From positions 530,736-594,735 of the forward strand of contig CAYOLO010000001.1 of NCBI GenBank assembly GCA_964404855.1: a stretch of 64,000 nucleotides of DNA. The letters are read 5' to 3'. The position numbers were made by a program, and so were the translations under genes. Of the stretch, positions 19,700 through 28,460 are shown piece after piece (position 1 is the first letter of the stretch; every line of letters starts with the position of its first letter). The notes below the pieces were generated by a model that worked only from the letters and a program-made list of their open reading frames with translations, was not told the origin of the DNA and searched no databases. The DNA comes from an uncultured Gammaproteobacteria bacterium (GTDB lineage: Bacteria > Patescibacteriota > Microgenomatia > CAYQLK01).

Positions 19700-20530
19700 C
19701 TATTTTTTGGCTTTACGAACAAACTCTTTTGCTTTTTTTCTAACCAGCCGATTTTGCCAAGGAAATAAATTAGGCTCAATTTCCTTATTAGAAACAGTAC
19801 CTTCTTTTAATGCTGTGCCGACAATAATGACGTCAGCATATTTTTTAAGTTCCGTAATGTTGATTTTGTCTGCACCACTGCCGACAATTATTGGCACTTT
19901 GGTTGTTTGGCGAGCTGATTCTAAATCATTTGTTAATGGTCGATCCCCTGTCCACTTGCCAGTGATAATTATTCCATCACTTCCCTCCTTTTCTGCTTCT
20001 TGGACGGCTTCTGAAAGAGGTCGCGGATTTAATAAAGTTGAGTGCTTGACTTGAACATCAGTAAAAAGGCAGATTTCTGTGGCATTATGATCAGCTTGGT
20101 ATTTTTTGATAGCTTTATGATTGGGATGAATAGTGAAACCGTACATGGTTTCGATTTTATCAACAAAAACAGGTATTCTTACAAAATCTAAATTTTGCTC
20201 ACTCGCAATATCAATGGCAGTTTTGTAGTCATTCCACAACACACATAATCCAATTGGTAAATAAGTAACTGTTTTAATTTTTTTGATTACTGCATTTAGC
20301 TGCTTCTTTGCCTTATCAGGAATAAATTCTGTATGAGGAATATCATAATTATTTTCGATTAAAATAGCATCAAAACCGGCTTCATTTAATACTAAAATAT
20401 CTTCTATGGCTAGCTTGGTAATTGTGTTTAATCCTGGGGAGTTGTCATAACCAATTAGTGGTGCAAGATGAACCATCCCAATTATATATGGGTGTTGTTT
20501 TTTAATTGAGTCTAAGAGTTTGTTCTTCAC
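19700..20530 (-). CDS. BtpA/SgcQ-family TIM-barrel protein (putative)
   Basis: N-terminal IGMVHLAPLIGYDNSPG resembles the BtpA family signature. Assignment from memory only. Confidence 0.5.
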   Translation of the reverse strand: MKNKLLDSIKKQHPYIIGMVHLAPLIGYDNSPGLNTITKLAIEDILVLNEAGFDAILIENNYDIPHTEFIPDKAKKQLNAVIKKIKTVTYLPIGLCVLWNDYKTAIDIASEQNLDFVRIPVFVDKIETMYGFTIHPNHKAIKKYQADHNATEICLFTDVQVKHSTLLNPRPLSEAVQEAEKEGSDGIIITGKWTGDRPLTNDLESARQTTKVPIIVGSGADKINITELKKYADVIIVGTALKEGTVSNKEIEPNLFPWQNRLVRKKAKEFVRKAKK

Positions 20531-20726
20531 GCCCTAAATTATAGCAGTATGATTTCTCAATGATTGTTTTACTGGACAAGTTCATTGAGTTTTATGTGTT
20601 ATTATGAGCTACAAAATTAAGGAAATTTAGGGATGGTGTAATTGAGTCGGAAATGAACTTTAAAACAAATGATCCACAGTGGAATTAATTGCCGCCAAGT
20701 GAAGATGTTAGGTTAAGGAGAAGGAC

Positions 20727-21296
20727 TTGATAAAGGTTATTATGTTTGATTGGTTTGGAGTGTTGTGCTCTAAGGTTTTTCAAGACTGGGTAGATCAAAA
20801 TACTTTGGATCCGGAGGGGCTTCGGAAGTTGCGGAATCTGGCCGATCAATTGGATTTAGGTCGAATCAGTCTGGATGCCTTTTATGATTCGATTGGTACA
20901 GTCGTAAACAAATCGGGTTCGCAATGCGGAACCGAGCTCTACTCGATGGTTCGAATCGATGGGGAAATGAGCGAGATAGTTAGGCAATTGCGTAAGCAAT
21001 ATGTCGTTTCTGTTTTGTCTAATATCCATGAAGAATTCTTGGCTAGACTTCTTTCTGATCACCCAGACATTAATCCCGATGTGGTTATGACCAGTTCAGA
21101 GCTTGGAGCTCTTAAACCAGATCCGCTGATTTTTGAGCGGGCATGTGAGAGGCTCCGGGTTAGTGCCGGCGACATTCTATTTGTTGACGATTCGGAGCTT
21201 AATGTCTCAGCAGCCAGACGAGTAGGATTGTTGGGCATCCTTTTTACTACTCCGTCTGAGTTAAGGGCTGAACTAAAAATTAAAGGAGTACTTTAG
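20727..21296 (+). CDS. HAD-superfamily hydrolase
   Basis: TTG start with SD AGGAGAAGGA. Motif I-like VIMFDWFGVL. ...FVDDSELNVSAARRVG motif IV region. Confidence 0.65.
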   Translation: MIKVIMFDWFGVLCSKVFQDWVDQNTLDPEGLRKLRNLADQLDLGRISLDAFYDSIGTVVNKSGSQCGTELYSMVRIDGEMSEIVRQLRKQYVVSVLSNIHEEFLARLLSDHPDINPDVVMTSSELGALKPDPLIFERACERLRVSAGDILFVDDSELNVSAARRVGLLGILFTTPSELRAELKIKGVL

Positions 21297-21315
21297 CAAA
21301 AAGATGACGAAGTTA

Positions 21316-21347
21316 AGGCGTCCACAAACAAGTGGGCGTCTTTTTTT
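21316..21347 (+). terminator. intrinsic terminator
   Basis: GGCGUCCAC...GUGGGCGUC hairpin followed by a T7 run. Confidence 0.55.
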
Positions 21348-21499
21348 AGCTTTTTTCTAATCCTTTTTAGAGAATAGCTTATAATTTTAAAATCACAATA
21401 TTATTGACAAACTATTCCAAGTATGCTAAATATGTTCCTCAAGAAGAAAGAAAGGATTGTTGGGACAGCTAGTCTAGTGACACGAAAGTGTCCAAAGGT

Positions 21500-21573
21500 G
21501 CAAGTGTGGTCCAATGGAAGGGTGTCGGTCTCCAAAACCGAAGATAGGGGTTCGATTCCCCTCACTTGTGCCA
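21500..21573 (+). tRNA. tRNA-Trp (anticodon CCA)
   Basis: Hand-folded cloverleaf. Acceptor GCAAGUG/CACUUGU. Anticodon loop CUCCAAA. T-arm AGGGG-UUCGAUU-CCCCU. Discriminator G. 3' CCA is encoded. Confidence 0.85.
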
Positions 21574-21650
21574 AAACACATAAGCGTTCGAGTCTGTCGA
21601 GCCAACAACGAAGCGGGAGTTATAGCAACTACCTATTTGACCTTCTGAGC

Positions 21651-21686
21651 GCCCAGTAGTTGATTTCAACTGCTGGGCATTTTTTT
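21651..21686 (+). terminator. intrinsic terminator between tRNA-Trp and trpS
   Basis: 12-bp stem GCCCAGUAGUUG/CAACUGCUGGGC with a 4-nt loop, followed by a U7 run. Confidence 0.7.
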
Positions 21687-21738
21687 AGCTCTTTAACACC
21701 ACCAACAACAAATTCAAAATTGCAAAGGACAAGGAAAG

Positions 21739-23271
21739 ATGATCAATCTAGGCGTGGAACCGATGCCGTTGGAGCTCGCTCGTTTAAGGCTAGATGGTCT
21801 TGACGGCGAGATTATTACGCTAGTCGCTGCTCGACTGAAAATGGTGCAGCGTGACAGCGTTTTTCTGCAGAAGCAGATACAAGATCTGGTTAATTTGGGC
21901 ATGAGCCCAGGTTTTGCAGAAGCCTATTATCGTCTTCTGACGGAAGAAGGATTGAGGTCTCAGTTCGAGACACAGGACGTTGGGCAACTGGACGAGGTTT
22001 TTCAGCTCAACGAAATCGACCGCCAGCTTCTGGCTTTGGTTGTGGAGAGGATGGATATTTCCATCGCTTTAACCAAGACCAAACTGAACAACAACATCGC
22101 CATCGTTCATCCTGAACGGGAAGAGGCAGTTCTTCAAGGTCGTGCAGAGAAAGCTCAGAATCTGGGAGTTAACGCTGACTTCACGAAACGTTTGTTCCGC
22201 CTCCTCATGGATGAGGGTGTGCGAATACAACGGGAAGTGTGGCAAACGTCAACCCTCAAAAAAAGGATTCTGACGGGAGTACGTCCAACTGGACCGCTGC
22301 ACCTTGGTCATTATGTCGGTGCTCTGAAAAGTTGGCTTGAGTTTCAAGAGACTTACGAGTGTCTTTTTCTCATCGCTGACTATCAGGCACTGGGAAGCCA
22401 CATCGATAAGCCGGAGCTGATCCGAGACTCTGTCTTCCAGGTCACACTTGACTGGTTGGCTGTCGGTCTCGATCCCAACGCGTCGTCGTTCTTTGTTCAG
22501 AGCTACATTCCGGAGCATGCTGAGCTTGCACTGCTGCTTAGTATGCTGATTCCCTGGAAACGGCATATTGGCAACCCGACACTCAAAAGCGAAATGGCAG
22601 ACATGGAGTCTGAACATAACGCCATGAGTCTCGGATTCGTCAATTATCCCGCTAGTCAAGCGGCCGATATTCTTCTAATGAAGGGCGATCTGGTCCCTGT
22701 AGGTGAGGATCAGCGTCCGCACATCGAGGAAACTCGGCGAGTGGCACGGGAATTCAATCGACGGTACGGCGAAAACCGTACTATCTTTCCAGTTCCGAGA
22801 ATTTACACTGGAGAAGTATCGCGATTGGTGGGTCTGGATGGTGATGCGAAGATGAGCAAAAGCAAGGGCAACACCATTGATTTGCGTGATGACCCTGAAA
22901 CAGTTCGAAAGGCCGTAATGCGGATGTTCACCGACTCAACCCGTCTCCGCGCGACCGATCCTGGTCACGTGGAGGGAAATCCAGTCTTCATCTACCACGA
23001 TATCTTCAATCCTGACGTGGATGAAGTTGCAGACTTGAAGGCGCGCTATGTTCTCGGCAAGGTCGGCGATGTTGAGGTGAAGGTCAAATTGGCTAAAGCC
23101 CTCAACCAGATGCTCGATCCTATCCGCGAGCGGCGTGCGTACTTCGAGGCGCATCCAACACAAGTAAAGGATGCGCTGATTGCAGGCACAGATCGGGCAA
23201 GGAAAATTGCCGAAGAAACAATGAGAGAGGTTCGCGAAGCGATGCGCATCACGCGCTACGCCGAAGGTTAA
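21739..23271 (+). CDS. trpS: tryptophanyl-tRNA synthetase with ~180-aa N-terminal extension (two AroQ chorismate-mutase-like helical repeats)
   Basis: C-terminal ~330 aa carries HIGH (TGPLHLGH) and KMSKS (KMSKSKGN) of class-I TrpRS. The N-terminus has LELARLRLDGLDGEIITLVAARLK and IDRQLLALVVERM...HPEREEAVL...RLFRLLMDEGVRIQRE. SD AAGGA. GC-rich. Confidence 0.8.
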   Translation: MINLGVEPMPLELARLRLDGLDGEIITLVAARLKMVQRDSVFLQKQIQDLVNLGMSPGFAEAYYRLLTEEGLRSQFETQDVGQLDEVFQLNEIDRQLLALVVERMDISIALTKTKLNNNIAIVHPEREEAVLQGRAEKAQNLGVNADFTKRLFRLLMDEGVRIQREVWQTSTLKKRILTGVRPTGPLHLGHYVGALKSWLEFQETYECLFLIADYQALGSHIDKPELIRDSVFQVTLDWLAVGLDPNASSFFVQSYIPEHAELALLLSMLIPWKRHIGNPTLKSEMADMESEHNAMSLGFVNYPASQAADILLMKGDLVPVGEDQRPHIEETRRVAREFNRRYGENRTIFPVPRIYTGEVSRLVGLDGDAKMSKSKGNTIDLRDDPETVRKAVMRMFTDSTRLRATDPGHVEGNPVFIYHDIFNPDVDEVADLKARYVLGKVGDVEVKVKLAKALNQMLDPIRERRAYFEAHPTQVKDALIAGTDRARKIAEETMREVREAMRITRYAEG

Positions 23272-23310
23272 CCCTGACTCAATCGCTCTAGGGCCACAAG
23301 TAGCAGTGAT

Positions 23311-24390
23311 GTGATTTTGTGGCCCTTTTTCTTGAAAGGAAAAACGGTGAAAAAATCCATAGGGGGATGGCTCAATTCAGTAGCGGTTTTGGCGGTAATA
23401 TCCGGATTCGCTGCCGGTATTTACAGCTTGTCTGACACCCATGTGGTTGTCAGGTATTTCACTGACTCGACAGACAAAACAATCGGGTCATTGATCTACG
23501 TCGTCGTCGGTTCTTGGATCGGCTGTCTCTTATTTTTGCCTCAAGGGCAATTTCTGGGGCGCTGGCTAAGCCGTGATCAATTCCAGGGATGGCAAAGGCC
23601 TCTCGGAAGGGATTGGTTGTATGTTTGTGGCGCTGGTTTTACCGGAGCCGGAGCAACCTTTTTCTATCTTTTAGGTTTGAGCCGCTATGGCCCATCGCGA
23701 GTAGTGGTACTTTCCTCTGCGGTGCTGGTCTTGCTGCTCATGCTTGATTTTGTTAGGAGGAGGATAGATCTGTCCATGACTTTTCCAGCCTCAATCGTTT
23801 TCTTGGGAATACTATTGTCGAGTATTAACTTCGAGGATGGTATCAAGATCTCGGTAGGGCTGATTCTAATCGTGCTGATTGCACATAACTTTCTGTACGT
23901 GATCTCTATTTGGTTTTTCCAGGCTGGATCACGACGAATGGACTCAATCAATTTCACCTTCTGGCGATTTCTGTCTTTCGCAGTCTTTGCCACAGTCTTT
24001 GTCGTAATTTGGGTCGTTGTCGCCGGTAAGGTTGGAATTTTCCAGGATGTTCTTTTTGGGGGATTTACCGGTGCGCTGCCCTTTATTCTTTTTACTATGA
24101 TCTTTGGGTTCCTTGAGGTTGTCTTAGAATCTCAAGCTCGAAGAGACGGTGGAAAGATGTCAATGGTGAGCTTTCTAAAGCAGAGTGCCATCATTCCGGC
24201 GATGTTTTTGACCTACCTGTTGAACTGGATCTGGGTGGGGTCCCTCGGTGACGTTGCAACTGATACTCAATCGGTTGTGATCAGAGTCGGTGCAGCAGCG
24301 ATTGTTCTCTTGGGACTTTACCTCTTGACCAGACGAAAGCTGGTTGAGGAGCAGGAAATAGAAAGCGAGGAGATATTAGTCGTCGTTTAG
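23311..24390 (+). CDS. 10-TM integral membrane protein, possible DMT/EamA-type transporter
   Basis: Hydrophobicity pattern of two 5-TM halves. GC-rich. 40 nt downstream of trpS. Confidence 0.45.
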   Translation: MILWPFFLKGKTVKKSIGGWLNSVAVLAVISGFAAGIYSLSDTHVVVRYFTDSTDKTIGSLIYVVVGSWIGCLLFLPQGQFLGRWLSRDQFQGWQRPLGRDWLYVCGAGFTGAGATFFYLLGLSRYGPSRVVVLSSAVLVLLLMLDFVRRRIDLSMTFPASIVFLGILLSSINFEDGIKISVGLILIVLIAHNFLYVISIWFFQAGSRRMDSINFTFWRFLSFAVFATVFVVIWVVVAGKVGIFQDVLFGGFTGALPFILFTMIFGFLEVVLESQARRDGGKMSMVSFLKQSAIIPAMFLTYLLNWIWVGSLGDVATDTQSVVIRVGAAAIVLLGLYLLTRRKLVEEQEIESEEILVVV

Positions 24391-24395
24391 TGTCT

Positions 24396-24425
24396 GGGGA
24401 ATGCATAAAGCATTCCCCTTTTTTT
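24396..24425 (+). terminator. intrinsic terminator
   Basis: GGGGAAUGC-AUAAA-GCAUUCCCC followed by a U7 run. Confidence 0.7.
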
Positions 24426-24492
24426 ATGAAAAAAAATAAATTTTGAAGTAAAATATGCAAAATAAACAAGGCTTGTTATTAAAAGTTGTAAT

Positions 24493-25230
24493 TTGAAATA
24501 TCTTCAGATGATTGTCGTTCAAAAACAAGATAAAAAAATTTCAGTATTCTCAACATATTCGACTGATAAAATAATTAAAGATGGTCGAGTAACCACAAAT
24601 ACTGGTGGGCCTCTATTTTTTATCGAAAAGGCTCTAGAAAATTGCAGCGTTCCGTATGTTTCGCACCATGGAGAGACAGTAAATGTTGAGATTAAGGTAA
24701 ATAAAGATGGAGAGGTTGGTCGTGTAATTGGTATACAAAATAAAACTAAAAAAGTGGAAGACTTAAATGCCAAATTTCTTCTGATATCAACAATTTTTAA
24801 TGAATGGAATCTGCAAAAAATCGGCAAATCGAAAGCTAAAATTTTTGTGGATATACAAGGGTTTGTTAGGGGTGTTAATAAATTTGGGGCTAAAGTAGTA
24901 TGGGAAGACAGTATCAAATACTCTAAGCAAGTATATTGTCTAAAAGGAACAGAGGAGGAAATGAATTATTTGCCTAAAAATGTTTATGAAGACCAAAAAA
25001 ATCGCTTACTTGTAATAACTAAAGGTAAAAAAGGGGTTGAATGGTATTTAAAAGGAAAAAAATATTTAGCACTGATACCAAGAGAAATAAAATCTCCAAA
25101 TGCTGTGGGGGCGGGAGATACTTTTTTTGGGTATTTTGTGGCAAATATTTACAAAGGCAAAGGAATAAAATTTTCGATAGATAATGCTATAAGTAAAACT
25201 TCAGAATTTTTGGAGTCGAAAAATTATTAA
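24493..25230 (+). CDS. PfkB-family carbohydrate kinase-like (short)
   Basis: C-terminal NAVGAGDTFFG (PfkB signature 2). 245 aa. Confidence 0.5.
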   Translation: MKYLQMIVVQKQDKKISVFSTYSTDKIIKDGRVTTNTGGPLFFIEKALENCSVPYVSHHGETVNVEIKVNKDGEVGRVIGIQNKTKKVEDLNAKFLLISTIFNEWNLQKIGKSKAKIFVDIQGFVRGVNKFGAKVVWEDSIKYSKQVYCLKGTEEEMNYLPKNVYEDQKNRLLVITKGKKGVEWYLKGKKYLALIPREIKSPNAVGAGDTFFGYFVANIYKGKGIKFSIDNAISKTSEFLESKNY

Positions 25231-25411
25231 CCTATATTAACTAGTTGCGGGACTAGTGTGACATATGAATTTTAATTTAAATTCATAGATTTTTGGCGTC
25301 AAATTATCGTAATCGAAGTTACGATAATTGCCAAAAAGAGCGAACCTTGCGGTTCTTGCTGGTCACAATATTTTCTGCGCTCGGCAATTTATTGCCAAGC
25401 ACAGATAAATG

Positions 25412-25482
25412 CTGCGGGACTAGGACTCGAACCTAGAAAATCGCCTTCAAAGGGCGGTGTGATACCATTTCACCATCCCGCA
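25412..25482 (-). tRNA. tRNA-Gln (anticodon UUG)
   Basis: The reverse complement folds as a cloverleaf with a U1:A72 pair, anticodon loop CUUUGAA and T-loop UUCGAGU. CCA is not encoded. Confidence 0.8.
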
Positions 25483-25552
25483 AAGGATGTTGGCTAAAAA
25501 ATAGCCTGCTGATTATATTTTATAAAACACTTTTTTCCAACCAATAGAACAA

Positions 25553-27628
25553 TTATTCATAACGCATTGCGTTAAGCGCAGAAATTTTGGTGGCACGACG
25601 AGCTGGGTAAATTCCGGTTACTACTCCGACAAGTAAGGATAAAATTACAATAAAGAACACAAAAGTTGTTGGGATAACAGCAATATCAATAAATCCAACA
25701 CCTTTTGAAATGGCAACAATCGAAATAATTACACTGAGCAATTTACCAATAGTAAATCCAAACATTACTCCTAATACTCCACCAAAAAACCCCATGATCA
25801 TTGATTCTGTAAGAAATAATTCCTTAACTTCTTTAGACTTCATTCCCATGGCTTTCATAAGCCCCACTTCTCTGGTTCTCTCGAGTAGTGAAACGGTTAA
25901 GGTGTTAAACATTCCTAATGCTGCCACAGCTAGCGCAACCATACCTAGTAAGGCAAGGACTGTGCGAACTGTGGCAAATAAGGAGTTAATTTGTTCAACA
26001 GTGTCAGCTACCGATCTAGTGTTAAAACCCATGGCTTCAATTTGTTTTCTAATCTTTGGTAAGACATTTTGGTTTTCGGCGACAATTTTTATTTGTGAGT
26101 AGTTTTCAATCCCCAGCGATCTTAGGTCAATAAAAGGAACGTAAAAAACTGGAGATTTTTCATCAGGTGTTACACCAACGATTGTGTAATCTGCAGGTAC
26201 AGACTCAATTTTTTCTGTCGCGTCTGCGAGCAGATTACCTACAACTACGAATGATGAAGAAAAAGTTTTACCAACCGCTTCAGTTTCGACGATACCTAAA
26301 ACTTTTAACATCGCTCTATTTACAACGGCTTGTCTTACTGCATTAGTACTTAGTGGTACTGTTTTGGTTTTTTGATTACTAAGGGCGGCTGCCTCTGAAG
26401 CAATAAGCGCAAGTTCTAAGTCTGCTGCACTGGTTGACTCGCTTGGTGATACGATTGTTGTTGTTGAAGCAGATGAAGTTGATTCACCCAGAACTTGACT
26501 AAGTGTAACTAGATCTGAGCCGAAGGTGCGAACATTAACTTGCGCAAAATAACCTTCTAGTTGTTTTTGTTTACCATTATCTTGTGTCACTATGTACTGA
26601 CCATCAATACAATCTGGATTTTTAGTGTCACAGATTTTCTTGTCCCAAACATAAACACTGGCTTTTATCCATTTGCCTAGCAATTGGCCGTTAGATTCTG
26701 TTCCGCTTGTCCCGTCTTTATTATCAGGGTAACTCCCTCCCCAAAAATATTGTCCTTTTTGATTACCTTCAACTCGTTTGGTGTATCCGATGATTGGGGA
26801 TGTTTTGTCTGGCTTGGATCTAACTTTGATCCAGATTGATGGTTCAATTTCAAAATCTATATCACCGATTAGTTGTCCAGATTTTGCAGAAGTTGTGTTG
26901 ACTCCAGCCACTTCAGGGCTTTGTTTTGGAAGACGACTGACAGGCTTACTTAAATCGTTACTCTCAAAGATTTTACCCTGAATGGGTTTGATAGCACTTT
27001 GACTTAAGTATTCACTGGTAACTCCGTAGACGGCCATATCTGAAATGGAGTTTTGAAAGTTAACTCTCCCGACGACTGCAATTTGGGGTAACACATCCTT
27101 AATATCATTGATAGATTTAAATTCCGTAATTGTCTTGTCGGTAATTTTAAGATTACTTCCTGATGCGACAGTTACATCAGCCTGTTTCATTTCTTCTAAT
27201 CTGGCGACTCTACCAACCACGAGATCTTGTACGCCGTATCCAAGTGAAACTAAAAATACAATTGCGCCTATACCAAGCGACATTCCCCCGACTGTGATTG
27301 TGGTTCGTGATCTTTTGACCCTCATGTTTCTGAGTGCCAGTTCAATCAACATTATTCTATTAATACTGTTACTGTCAGACTTGCGATGAAAACTTAGAAT
27401 TTTTCGATAAATTTTTGACAATGGGTTTCGAAATGCTCTTTCAATCGGTCTTGGAAAGAATCTAAATGATCCAATATGGTCCAGAATTAACCCAGAAATA
27501 TAGGTGACTAACAATATCGTGAATGTAATTGTTTCCCAAGTCCACACAACAAAAAAATAATGAACATAAAGCGGAAGATGTTTAATTATTTTTATAAAAA
27601 TTGATGGTCGAGGCAGGGGTAATCTCAT
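25553..27628 (-). CDS. ABC transporter permease, MacB/FtsX family, with enlarged extracytoplasmic domain
   Basis: N-terminal TM, ~420-aa extracytoplasmic region and a C-terminal FtsX 3-TM module ending ...GIYPARRATKISALNAMRYE. Start overlaps the ATPase stop (ATGA). Confidence 0.8.
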   Translation of the reverse strand: MRLPLPRPSIFIKIIKHLPLYVHYFFVVWTWETITFTILLVTYISGLILDHIGSFRFFPRPIERAFRNPLSKIYRKILSFHRKSDSNSINRIMLIELALRNMRVKRSRTTITVGGMSLGIGAIVFLVSLGYGVQDLVVGRVARLEEMKQADVTVASGSNLKITDKTITEFKSINDIKDVLPQIAVVGRVNFQNSISDMAVYGVTSEYLSQSAIKPIQGKIFESNDLSKPVSRLPKQSPEVAGVNTTSAKSGQLIGDIDFEIEPSIWIKVRSKPDKTSPIIGYTKRVEGNQKGQYFWGGSYPDNKDGTSGTESNGQLLGKWIKASVYVWDKKICDTKNPDCIDGQYIVTQDNGKQKQLEGYFAQVNVRTFGSDLVTLSQVLGESTSSASTTTIVSPSESTSAADLELALIASEAAALSNQKTKTVPLSTNAVRQAVVNRAMLKVLGIVETEAVGKTFSSSFVVVGNLLADATEKIESVPADYTIVGVTPDEKSPVFYVPFIDLRSLGIENYSQIKIVAENQNVLPKIRKQIEAMGFNTRSVADTVEQINSLFATVRTVLALLGMVALAVAALGMFNTLTVSLLERTREVGLMKAMGMKSKEVKELFLTESMIMGFFGGVLGVMFGFTIGKLLSVIISIVAISKGVGFIDIAVIPTTFVFFIVILSLLVGVVTGIYPARRATKISALNAMRYE

Positions 27629-28458
27629 GAGGTTGTCGTTGTTGCTGTTGGATTATTGTCTTTTGGTTTGGCTTGTTCTGGAAGATTAGTGACTGAATCC
27701 TTGTCGCGCAAAGAAACTTTTAGACGTTTGCTCTTAAGGCTGCCTCCCAGTTTGGATTTTTGGTCGCCGTGGAGTTTTTCTATTATTTGCCCATCGAGCA
27801 TACGAACGGCAGTTTTGGCAAATTTCATATATTCCAAGTCATGAGTGACCATAATAATAGTTTTACCTTGATTTTTGTTGACATCGTATAAAAGCTGCAT
27901 CATTTCTTGACCAGATTCGTAATCAAGATTGCCAGTAGGTTCGTCGGCGATAATAATTTTAGGGTCATTAATTAATGATCTGGCAAGAGCAATCCTTTGT
28001 TGTTGTCCGCTACTAAGTTCTGTGGGATAGTAGTCTGCCCAATCTTGCATTGAAACGCTTTTGAGCACCTCAACAGCTTTTTGATAGGCTTCTGCTTTTT
28101 CATGTCCTAGTAGCATTAGTGGAAATCCGACGTTTTCGGCAACTTTTAGTGATTTGATCCAGTTCGGCTGTTGATAAACCATACCAACAAGTTGTTTGCG
28201 TATTGTTGACCTGTCGTCTTCGGTCGTGGATGTATACATATCACTACCAGAGAACATGACTTTGCCTGTAGTTGGTGATTCAAGGCCGAGGATAATGTGA
28301 AGTAATGTTGATTTTCCACAGCCAGAGGGTCCAAAAATAATCATAAAATCGCCATCATCCACCTCCAAGGTTACGCTTTTTAATACTTGAACATCTTGCA
28401 TTCCAACCTTAAAAACTTTGACGATATCGGTAGCTGTAATAATTTTTTTGGTTTCCAT
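27625..28458 (-). CDS. ABC transporter ATP-binding protein (MacB/LolD-like)
   Basis: Walker A GPSGCGKST, signature LSSGQQQR, Walker B IIADEPT. Basic low-complexity C-terminal tail. Confidence 0.85.
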   Translation of the reverse strand: METKKIITATDIVKVFKVGMQDVQVLKSVTLEVDDGDFMIIFGPSGCGKSTLLHIILGLESPTTGKVMFSGSDMYTSTTEDDRSTIRKQLVGMVYQQPNWIKSLKVAENVGFPLMLLGHEKAEAYQKAVEVLKSVSMQDWADYYPTELSSGQQQRIALARSLINDPKIIIADEPTGNLDYESGQEMMQLLYDVNKNQGKTIIMVTHDLEYMKFAKTAVRMLDGQIIEKLHGDQKSKLGGSLKSKRLKVSLRDKDSVTNLPEQAKPKDNNPTATTTTS

Positions 28459-28460
28459 AT

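Noticed and set aside
21423-21659. 78-aa ORF overlapping tRNA-Trp. The similar 90-aa ORF at 48147-48419 overlaps tRNA-Arg
   Set aside because: Each is fully explained by the tRNA gene and terminator it overlaps. No SD. Judged spurious.
21574-21738. Looked for a T-box antiterminator in front of trpS
   Set aside because: The terminator is present but no UGGN-bulge or A1/A2 arrangement lies upstream of it. The spacer is too short (~75 nt) for Stem I-III.
25384-25401. Palindrome TCGGCAAT-TT-ATTGCCAAG immediately 3' of tRNA-Gln
   Set aside because: Could be a protein-binding site or the tRNA transcript's 3' hairpin, but there is no U-run and no further support. Too weak to call.
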